Part shown: positions 42,666 through 50,653 of the stretch, in pieces
Position numbering within the stretch: position 1 is the first letter of the stretch
How the letters are laid out: each line of letters opens with the position of its first letter
Source of the DNA: an uncultured delta proteobacterium
GTDB lineage: Bacteria > Desulfobacterota > Zymogenia > Zymogenales > Zymogenaceae
Length of the DNA stretch: 64,000 bases
Assembly: GCA_963792965.1 (NCBI GenBank)
Contig: CAWBYW010000007.1
Coordinates: 448,001-512,000 of the forward strand
Direction of reading: 5' to 3'
The notes under the pieces: generated by a model
The model's input: the letters and a program-made list of their open reading frames with translations, nothing else
The model's database searches: none
What the model was told of the DNA's origin: nothing
Translations under genes and position numbers: made by a program

Positions 42666-42706
42666 TTGACAAAAAGACACTTCATGCAATACGCTGTATA
42701 TTGCAT
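42666..42706 (+). promoter_or_regulatory. Putative promoter with overlapping palindromic operator
   Basis: TTGACA-N18-TACGCT; inverted repeat ATGCAATA-N7-TATTGCAT at 42684-42706. Confidence 0.5.
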
Positions 42707-42811
42707 AGTAACTTGCTCAGCATTTAACGTATTCGCGCGAAAAAACCAGCGCAAGGTGTATGGAGCGGTTCACCAGGATTATCGGAAAAATCTCCGTAAG
42801 GGGGCACAGGA

Positions 42812-44305
42812 ATGGCAGATTATGATGTTGTAGTAATCGGCGCGGGCTGCGGCGGTCTGAGCGCCGGGGCGCTCTTGGCCAAACAGGGACGCAAGGTTTT
42901 GGTGCTCGAACAGAGTGACCTCATTGGCGGATGCTGTTCCACCTTCGAGAAAGACGGCTACTTTTTCGACTCGGGCGCGTCCATCGTCGAGATAGTCGAT
43001 CCCATCGAGCGCGCGTTCCAGGCGCTCGGGACGACGCTCAAGGCCGAGATCGACCTCATCCCGTGCGATCCAATCGTGACGTGCCTGTTGCGCGACGGCA
43101 GCCGCATCACCTATCCCTTCTCGATGGAAGGCACCAAGAAAGCGTTGGAGGCCTTCTCCGCCGAGGACGCGCGCAACTGGGACAAGTACGTTTCCTACTT
43201 CTACGAGTTGACCGATGTTGCCTATAACACGCTCTTCAGCGAGCCGGCAAACGGCATCCTCGACATCGTGCACATGCTGCGCAAGGACCCGCGCCTGCTC
43301 AAGTACCTGCCGGCGTATTTTACCAGCTATCAATCCATGATGCGAAAGTACTTCGGCAACAAGACCCAGGAGTCCTTCGCGTTCCAATCGTTCTACTTTG
43401 GACTCCCGCCCGAGCTCTTGCCGGGCGTCTTTGCGCTGGTGCCCTGCACCGAGCATCGCGGGCTGTTCTATCCGCGCGGCGGCATGATCCAGATACCGAA
43501 AGCGCTCCAGCGGTGCGGCGAGCGGTTCGGCATGCAGCTCCGTCTCAATACGCACGTCGAGAAAGTCCTGGTGCAGGATCGCAGGGCCATCGGCGTGCGT
43601 TTTGGCGACGGGACGGAGATCACGAGCTCGCTTGTCGTGTCCAACGTCAACGCCAAGACGCTCTACCTCAAGATGATCGGCGAGGAGCATCTGCCGTGGC
43701 TCGCGCGCAAAGGCGTCAGGAGCTACGAATATTCCCTGACCGCGCCGATGGTCTACCTCGGAATCGATTACAGGCCCCAGCTCGACGCGCACCACACGCT
43801 CATCTCGCCGACGGTCGAGGAAATAAACACCTTCTGGCGGGACCGCCGTATCAAGCCGATCCCCGACAAGCAGTTCGGATTGATCGGATGGTCCACGTTC
43901 ACGGATCCTTCCATGGCTCCCAAGGACAAGCATGCGCTTGTCATCACCACGATGGGCGCCTACCACCTGAACGGGACCGATTGGGACACCGAAAAGCCTC
44001 GCTTTATCAAAAGCGTGATCAAGTACCTCTCCGACAATTTCGTGCCCGGCCTGTCCGATCATGTCAAGGTCGCCGATATGACGACGCCTCTGGACTTCGA
44101 GCGCCGGATCGGTCTCGGCGAGGGCGCGATCTACGGCCTGGCGCAGGACTTCCCGACCGGAACGATGTTCCGCCCGGCGAACAAATCGAAAAACATCCGG
44201 GGGCTTTACCTGGTCGGCTCGTCAACCAACCCGGGCGGAGGCGTGCCCACAACGATCGCCTCGGGCGCGATCACGTCACGTTTGATTGCCAAATACGAAG
44301 GATGA
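42812..44305 (+). CDS. Phytoene desaturase (CrtI)-family FAD-dependent oxidoreductase
   Basis: VVIGAGCGGL, IGGC, FDSG, YPRGG, TPLDFE, GLYLVGSSTNPGGGVP. Confidence 0.85.
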   Translation: MADYDVVVIGAGCGGLSAGALLAKQGRKVLVLEQSDLIGGCCSTFEKDGYFFDSGASIVEIVDPIERAFQALGTTLKAEIDLIPCDPIVTCLLRDGSRITYPFSMEGTKKALEAFSAEDARNWDKYVSYFYELTDVAYNTLFSEPANGILDIVHMLRKDPRLLKYLPAYFTSYQSMMRKYFGNKTQESFAFQSFYFGLPPELLPGVFALVPCTEHRGLFYPRGGMIQIPKALQRCGERFGMQLRLNTHVEKVLVQDRRAIGVRFGDGTEITSSLVVSNVNAKTLYLKMIGEEHLPWLARKGVRSYEYSLTAPMVYLGIDYRPQLDAHHTLISPTVEEINTFWRDRRIKPIPDKQFGLIGWSTFTDPSMAPKDKHALVITTMGAYHLNGTDWDTEKPRFIKSVIKYLSDNFVPGLSDHVKVADMTTPLDFERRIGLGEGAIYGLAQDFPTGTMFRPANKSKNIRGLYLVGSSTNPGGGVPTTIASGAITSRLIAKYEG

Positions 44306-44478
44306 AAAAGATGAAAATGTCAAAGGGCACTTTGATCATCACTATTTTCGGTCTGATCGCAGTCGCTCTGGTCATCGTCGGATCGATCTGGTATCTGATG
44401 ATGGACAAGTCCAAGAGGACCTATATCAAGAGCCTGGTGAAACAGATACCGCAGATGCCGGGCCGGTACTCGGTCTGA
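44302..44478 (+). CDS. Small single-TM protein (58 aa)
   Basis: ATGA overlap with the upstream stop; MKKMKMSKGTLIITIFGLIAVALVIVGSIWYLMMDKSKRTYIKSLVKQIPQMPGRYSV. Confidence 0.6.
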   Translation: MKKMKMSKGTLIITIFGLIAVALVIVGSIWYLMMDKSKRTYIKSLVKQIPQMPGRYSV

Positions 44479-44501
44479 TGTCGTCGGCGCAGGCGCCCTC
44501 C

Positions 44502-44617
44502 TCATCGTCATTGCGAGCGTTCCGCTCTCTATCGGGGCCCCCGCTTCATCGTCATTGCGAGGAGCGTCCTGCCGAAGCCGCGAGGAGCACGAGCGACGTG
44601 GCGGGACGTGGCAATCC
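44502..44617 (+). repeat. GTCATTGCGAG...GTGGCAATC palindromic (RPE/REP-like) element with duplicated left end
   Basis: TCATCGTCATTGCGAG at 44502 and 44546; closes with GACGTGGCAATCC. Confidence 0.55.
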
Positions 44618-44685
44618 CACGACTGTCACCGTGTACACAGGGTGACTCCGGCGTGCATCACAGATATTCAAGAGGAAAAGATTCC

Positions 44686-45120
44686 ATGAAGAACGGCCGT
44701 CTCTTTCCAATCGCCCTGATCGTCGTTTCTGCTTTCGTTCTGCTTGGATGCCAGCAGGTCTATTACAACTTCTGTCGCGGCGGCCTAAAGGCGCGCGGCG
44801 AGTGCGCGCGGATAGAAACAACGCCGAACTGCTTTATCGAGCGGATCAACGGCGGGCAGGTGCGAGAAGACCATATAATAATCGATGTCCCATCCGGCAA
44901 AGTGAGGCTCGTGCCGCACTGGATGACGGGCGAGTGGGAAATAGCCCGAAGGACTGAGCTGACGTACGACGTAAAGGCCGGCGGTTCGTACGTGCTCGGT
45001 GTGGAGGCACCAAGTACTGAGCCCTGCTTGGACGAGTACGGCGACATGACGATGAATGTGCATTTCTACCTGAGAGACGTAAAGACGGGCGAGAAGATAT
45101 ATCCTCTCACACAGCCCTGA
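44686..45120 (+). CDS. Hypothetical lipoprotein
   Basis: SD GAGGA; signal peptide with lipobox LLGC; 144 aa. Confidence 0.65.
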   Translation: MKNGRLFPIALIVVSAFVLLGCQQVYYNFCRGGLKARGECARIETTPNCFIERINGGQVREDHIIIDVPSGKVRLVPHWMTGEWEIARRTELTYDVKAGGSYVLGVEAPSTEPCLDEYGDMTMNVHFYLRDVKTGEKIYPLTQP

Positions 45121-45133
45121 CCGCGAGACGCGC

Positions 45134-45162
45134 GACAGGAAGAAGAATAATGGGGCCGGGTC
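45134..45162 (+). repeat. Imperfect direct repeat, copy 1 (overlaps a terminator-like hairpin)
   Basis: GACAGGAAGAAGAATAATGGGGCCGGGTC, 25/29 identical to 45755-45782. Confidence 0.65.
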
Positions 45163-45222
45163 TTTCCCCGGCCCTTTGTTATCGCCCCCCCCATCCTTAG
45201 AAAGGAGGTAATAAAACCATCT

Positions 45223-45717
45223 ATGAATCTCAAGAAAATAGTTAACTCCAGGAACATCAGTTTTGGTTCATCCTCCGCGGTAATAACGAGCCTTGCAATA
45301 ATAATTGGACTGAGCGGCACGATCAATCCCAAAATAGGCATAATTACTTCTTTGCTTATCATAGCCATCGCGGATAATGTTTCCGATTCGTTTGGTATAC
45401 ATGTACATCAGGAATCGGAATCTCGCGCCCCCGCCCTTATACGAGAAACAACCTTAGTAAATTTCTCCGCCAGATTTCTGATAACAATGATTTTTGTCTT
45501 GTTCGTCTCTCTTCTCCCATTGACTTATTCAATAGCCGTATCCATATTTTTTGGCCTGTCCATGATTACGGCCTTAAGTTACTTTATAGCAAAGAAGCAA
45601 AAAATAAGCCCCTACAAGGCGATAATCGGACATCTTGCATTAGCTCTATTTGTTATGACTATGGGGTTAGTTCTAAGGAATATACTTTCTGATTTTGCCG
45701 GTAGACTGATGAAGTGA
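45223..45717 (+). CDS. VIT1/CCC1-like membrane protein (AT-rich)
   Basis: SD AGGAGGT; SFGSSSAVIT...IADNVSDSFGIHVHQESE; about 5 TM helices. Confidence 0.65.
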   Translation: MNLKKIVNSRNISFGSSSAVITSLAIIIGLSGTINPKIGIITSLLIIAIADNVSDSFGIHVHQESESRAPALIRETTLVNFSARFLITMIFVLFVSLLPLTYSIAVSIFFGLSMITALSYFIAKKQKISPYKAIIGHLALALFVMTMGLVLRNILSDFAGRLMK

Positions 45718-45754
45718 AAGGTAACCTTCAGATACCCTGAGCAACAAAGGTGTT

Positions 45755-45782
45755 GACGGGAAGATGAACAAGGGGCCGGGTC
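45755..45782 (+). repeat. Imperfect direct repeat, copy 2
   Basis: GACGGGAAGATGAACAAGGGGCCGGGTC. Confidence 0.65.
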
Positions 45783-45817
45783 AGACGATACCGGTGATAC
45801 GCCTCGTGATCGGTATC

Positions 45818-46228
45818 TTAGTTATTATAGTATGAGTTGGAATACATGTTATCGTAGGCGTTATAATAGGCGTTGGAATAGGTATCGTCGTACGCGTTGG
45901 AGTACGCGTTGTAGTAGGCATTGTCGTATGAGTTAGTGTAGTAGGTCGAGTCCGAGTAGTCGTAGTAGGCGTCGGAATACGTATCAGAGTAGGTATCGGA
46001 GTATTTGTCATAATAGGCATCGGAGTAGACGTCACCGTAGGTGTCTGAGTACACGTCGGAATACGCGTCGGAGTAGAAACCCTGGGTGATGACGGCGCTC
46101 ACGCCGAGTGACCCGAGCAGCGCCGCCCCCTTGGCGATGCGTTTGAGGGCTTCGCGCCGGTTCAGCTTTTCATTCCCGACGGCGCCCTTCTCTTTGTCTT
46201 TGGTCGCTTTCTTCTCTTTGTCTTCCAC
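45818..46228 (-). CDS. Tat-like leader + Tyr-rich tetrapeptide-repeat protein (candidate RiPP precursor or secreted repeat peptide)
   Basis: GTG start with AGGA SD; LNRREALKRIA plus hydrophobic stretch; core of YxDx then YxNx repeats with synonymous codon variation; hairpin just downstream. Confidence 0.8.
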   Translation of the reverse strand: MEDKEKKATKDKEKGAVGNEKLNRREALKRIAKGAALLGSLGVSAVITQGFYSDAYSDVYSDTYGDVYSDAYYDKYSDTYSDTYSDAYYDYSDSTYYTNSYDNAYYNAYSNAYDDTYSNAYYNAYDNMYSNSYYNN

Positions 46229-46466
46229 TGTTCTTTCCTGGTGGCGTAATTTAGTAATTATGACGTACTGACCTGCCCCCGAGAACTACACCGGCGCCTC
46301 TGTCGGTCTATGGACATACGCTTCTCTTTGAACCACAGAATGTCGCGAGGTATAGTTTCGGGAGCAGGCACCCCCTTTGTCTGCCCCTTGAATGACAAGA
46401 CCGTAAAGCAAGGATGCTGTGTAACAGATAGGGCAGACTGCCAACTCGATCCGCGACGAGCCCGGA

Positions 46467-46684
46467 CTATTTCTTTTTCGTAGTTTTCTTCTTCTCCGCC
46501 GGCTTCTTTTTCCCCTTACTCTTAATTGCTGCCTTTGTCGGAGCCGAACCTTTTGACGCTGCTTTCTTAGGAGCTGCTTTCTTTGGGGCTGCCTTCTTGG
46601 GGCTGCCTTCTTGGGCGCTTCTTTCTTCCCAAAGAGTTTTTCCGCTATTCTCGCAAACACTCCGGGTTTACTCTTCTTTGCCAT
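46467..46684 (-). CDS. Histone H1-like Lys/Ala/Pro-rich protein (72 aa after correcting one indel near 46600)
   Basis: SD GAGGAGG; corrected MAKKSKPGVFARIAEKLFGKKEAPKKAAPKKAAPKKAAPKKAASKGSAPTKAAIKSKGKKKPAEKKKTTKKK*. Confidence 0.75.
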
Positions 46685-46834
46685 AGGTAATATTCCTCCT
46701 CAATAAAATATCTGCTATACCAGCGTTTAGGTTAGCCCATACGCGTGCATTTCATTTTGAGCTCCCGAAGATCGGAAAAGTCCGGTTTCGGGAGCCGGGG
46801 AACGCTAACCAGCATAATTGCGTGACGTGAAGAT

Positions 46835-46864
46835 GTTATACCCCTTCCGCCATTTCTCTGTCAA
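46835..46864 (-). promoter_or_regulatory. Near-consensus sigma70 promoter for the histone-like gene
   Basis: Minus strand TTGACA-N18-TATAAC. Confidence 0.65.
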
Positions 46865-46928
46865 GACTTTTACTACTATCCGTGTATCAAAGCTCTCGCC
46901 GTTGAGGCTCTTGTTGTGGGTGGTTTGC

Positions 46929-46985
46929 TATACGGTAAAGCAAATTTGGAAAGTTTTAAACTTAGCAAACTTAATTTGGCGTATA
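46929..46985. repeat. 57-bp imperfect palindrome, TATAC...GTATA (MITE-like), left of the defence cassette
   Basis: Arms 21/28 complementary; right 29 bp are 28/29 identical to 49339-49367. Confidence 0.7.
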
Positions 46986-47097
46986 AATATGGGCATAAGG
47001 ATCTAACAACAAAATCACGCTAAAGACACACCCCGTGTCCTTTTAATACGTTTGCGGGAATTTTTGAACGCGACGCAGGCCACGTCCGACGGTTTTC

Positions 47098-47942
47098 TCA
47101 ACTACTGAAAATAGTATAGCCGCTATTTTGTTGTTCCCACATTCTTAACGAAGAGTATAGGAGAGTGGAGGAGAAGCAGTTAGGATCATAGGCAATTCTG
47201 AGTGCTTTATCCAGTACTTCTAGATTTAGTTTCTTTGCTGTCCCAAACTTTTTTCTGAGCCCGATAAGGAGTAACTCCACTAAGTCATGTCCAACACAAG
47301 ACTGCAAACGGTCAAAATCCCTATCTAATAGATTTCTCAATTCATCCTCAAGATCTCTCGCATTTAAGCCGCAACTATCTGTCCTAGATATAACGACCAC
47401 AACCAATCTTCTAATATCTATATTGAGAGTCGACTTATCCGTAAAACTCTTGAATCTGAGGCCTTCAAACTTTAGCCCAAGATTTCTTTGCGACTCTGAG
47501 GAAATCCATCTTAACATGCCTATCGGAAAAGCAGCATTTAGAAGTGCGTTAAGCACAGGGACTTTTAACTTGTCTATCTTACTTCTAGAACCATGCTGAC
47601 GTAAGACTTCAGCAAGAGCTCTAGAAGCGATAAGCATTGTCTCCAAATCGTGATAGTCCGTGGAGAATACGTTATCGTTTTCAAATACAGTTCCTTCTAT
47701 CTTAGAAAAATCGGAGTCGATGATAACAATAATGCCTTTAACACCCATTTGTTTAAGAATATTATTAACTTCGAGCGCGGTTTCTTTGTTACACGCAATT
47801 TCGATAGCACACACATCCTCGTGAATAAACTTCCCGTATAGAAGCGCATCTGTATAACCCTCAACTATTATTATAGTCCAGCAAACACCTGACGTCTCTG
47901 CCATATCTTATTTACTATTCTATCTGGTTTTAGAGGATTCAT
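47098..47942 (-). CDS. DUF4435 / TOPRIM protein (PARIS AriB-like); one frameshift near 47877
   Basis: MNPLKPDRIVNKIWQRRQVFAG joins TIIIVEGYTD; IDSDF (DxD), HDLETML, GHDL; downstream of an ABC-type ATPase. Confidence 0.78.
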
Positions 47943-49281
47943 CTTTCTTCGGCCCCTTTAACACAACCGTTAGATCCGCCTATTACTTATTATGTCAGGC
48001 GAGTGCGTTGCTATCAGCACGTCGAAATTTGATAGTTCTATTGTCTGTTGAAGATCCCTAAGAAATCTTTCCTGCCATTCAACATGTAATGATAGTTCGG
48101 GCTCATCAATCAGAATCGCCGCGAGATTTTCCTCAAGTTCGAATAGTAGTCATTAGAAAATCTGGCTAGTTCGTTTGCTCACCGGAAGATAGATTCCCGA
48201 GCGGTATACGTTGTTATCTGGCCACCTGAAACAACGAAGCCATCCTTACTGTCTATTTTTAGTTTTGTATAAATAAACCGGCTATTAATAATATTCTTTA
48301 GACAGGCTTATTCTATTGTAGAGCTTCATCAAAAACGCTCAATTTTTCTCTTAATGTCTTCAACATGGATCTACAATACATCGCGATTTGTATCTTCTAA
48401 TTTCTTCAGTTCCTGGAAGTTTATCCCCTTCTCATCCTCTTCCAGAAGACCGACGTCGAACAAAAGTGAACGCTTTTGATTATTCTCCTCATATTTTGTC
48501 TCCATCTCATTTTCGTCGAGATCGGAGTTCCTATCTAGTCTCTTTACTAATCTTTTTGGAAAGCTACTATCGAGGAGTTGAGAACGAGAGGCATATTCCG
48601 CCAATGTAGATTGTATTCTCTTGGCAAGATTTCTTGAATAGACACTTACAGTTGAGAGTATCTTCACGCTGGATTCATCCTCTTCGCTCGCTCGCATTGA
48701 TCTAACTGTTCTCTGGGTATCAATGAATTTGACTTTTATGTCCTCCAAATTCATTAGCCATTCAGGTTTTGCGTGAGTCTCGTTTCTTTTGGAGGGAGGT
48801 AGTCCTAGTCTATTACCATAAACTTCGATGACTTCTTCTAATGAAAGGACTTTACCTGTATTTCTATTCCTCCAGGTGTCATAGGTTACTCTCATAAGTG
48901 CCGGGATTCTTTCTTCTATTGCTCTATAGATAAATCTCGTCGGGTAAGACGTTTCGCGAGTAAATACGTAAGGGCTCGGCCTCCGTTTCTTGCCTTTGCT
49001 ATCTGTACCATAGAATTCTAAACCGGCCCCTTTATCTGTGTCGTATTTACTCCTAACGGTAATTTGCTTTTATCATCAAATTCTAATATGAACTCTTTAA
49101 AGGGAATGCTTAATAATTCATGAAAGCGATTCTTACAAAGGGAATTTACCATTCTCAGTATGATAGTCTTACCAAACCCATTTGGACCAATAACGATAGT
49201 AATGTGCTCATTAGTATTCAGGCTAATGTTGTGGTTAAATATACCGAAGAGCTCGGTTACTTCTATTCTCGTTACCCTCAT
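47940..49281 (-). pseudogene. AAA_15/AAA_21-type ABC ATPase (PARIS AriA-like), fragmented by several frameshifts (artefact or decay)
   Basis: Walker A GPNGFGKT; LSSGEQ near 48180; ILIDEPELSLHVEWQ and IATHSPDII near 47990-48120. Confidence 0.75.
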
Positions 49282-49312
49282 CAGTAGTCTCCCCATCTAT
49301 TTAATAATGTAT

Positions 49313-49367
49313 TATACTTATTTTAGTTTCCTAACTTCTAAACTTACCAAACTTAATTTGGCGTATA
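49313..49367. repeat. 55-bp imperfect palindrome, TATAC...GTATA (MITE-like), right of the defence cassette
   Basis: Ends TAAACTTACCAAACTTAATTTGGCGTATA; left arm is more degenerate and overlaps a minus-strand TATAAT. Confidence 0.65.
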
Positions 49368-49404
49368 CCGAATACCGCCCCAAAAAGCAGATTTCCTATG
49401 TCGA

Positions 49405-49871
49405 TTATAACCGTCCCAGCAGCGGATACGTATAGAGCTCCCCGCGGGAGGCGGCAAAGGTGGCGATGAGGATGAAGATGACGTCGATGACGGCGACGAA
49501 AACCGCCGCCATGAGGAAGAAGACGCCGACAAGGATGATCAGGAGGATGATGCCGAAGAGCATGAGGAAGATCATCGCCACCGACATAATCACCTGGAAG
49601 ACCAGGGCCTGCCGCCCGTGATGGGAAACAAACTCGTCGTCCCTCCCCCTGATGAGCAGGATCACCAGCGGCGCGATGATGTTGAGCCCCGGGATCACGA
49701 ACCAGAAAAACCCCGCCAGGTGGCAGATGAACGCCAGGTTCTTGCTGTCGTTGGATATCTCGGGCGCTTTCACCTCGGGGGCCGCCTGGGCGCGGCTTTC
49801 TTTGCGGCGGGCTTCCGCCTCGGGGCGGTTTTCTTCACGTCGTCTTTTTGGACTGTCGGTTTTTTAGCCAT
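49405..49871 (-). CDS. DUF4870 membrane protein with K/A-rich N-terminus; frameshift near 49785
   Basis: LAFICHL, PLVILL, FVSHHGRQALVFQ, GELYTYP. Confidence 0.75.
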
Positions 49872-50594
49872 AGGGCCCCCCTAACCTCATCAGGTAATTC
49901 ATGATGGGGTCAAAGTCGGTGAAGAGCAAAAAGACGCCGATGGCCACCAGCATCAACCCGGACACGATGTTGACCGCGGGGATGAAGCGCTTGAAGCGGT
50001 TGAAGAGAGACAGAAACGTGTTGAAGGCAAGCGACGAGAGGAAAAACGGCACCCCCAGCCCGATCGAATAGACCAAGAGCAGCCCGATGCCGTAGCCCGC
50101 GTTCATCGACGACCCGATCATCGCAAGCCCGAGGATGCAGCCCACGATCGGCCCGAGGCACGGCGACCAGCCGGCCGCAAAGGTGATCCCCACGATGCTC
50201 GACCCGAGGTACCCGGCGGGCTTGTCGCGCAGGTGCACCTTCTTTTCCCGGCGAGAAACGGGAGCGGCACAAGTCCCGTGATATAGATCCCCATGAGGAT
50301 AATGAGGACGGCCCCGATCCTCCTGATGATCTCCTTGAACTGGAAGAGCGTCTCGCCAAGAAAACCGAAGAGCGCCCCCATCGCCACGAATACGACCGTG
50401 AAGCCGAGGATGAAAAAGAGCGAGTGGATCACGGTGGCCCGCCGGACCGTCCGCGCGTCGGCCACCGTCAGGTCCTCAAACGACATCCCGGTGATGAAGG
50501 TGAGGTAGCTGGGCAACAGCGGCAAGACGCAGGGCGAGACGAAGCTGACGACCCCCGCCCAGAAGGCGACCACTATGCTGACGTGACTATCCAT
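49864..50594 (-). CDS. ccdA: Cytochrome c biogenesis protein CcdA; frameshift near 50245
   Basis: SFVSPCVLPLLPSY, GWSPCLGPIVG, YSIGLGVPF. Confidence 0.88.
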
Positions 50595-50653
50595 CCGTTG
50601 TCTCTCGAGCCCTCAAAAGGCGACGGGCATCAGGCACAAACGCCTCGTGGCCC

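Noticed and set aside
45821-46075. 12-bp periodic DNA as a CRISPR array or VNTR
   Set aside because: No constant repeat with unique spacers; the periodicity is explained by degenerate codons of a tetrapeptide repeat
46286-46466. C-terminal part of the 132-aa ORF-track translation (R/Q-rich)
   Set aside because: Product of an apparent indel; the corrected frame continues the KKAAP repeats and stops at 46467
46929-46985. Palindromes as integron attC or Xer dif sites
   Set aside because: No RYYYAAC/GTTRRRY boxes, no 11-6-11 dif consensus and no integrase in the window
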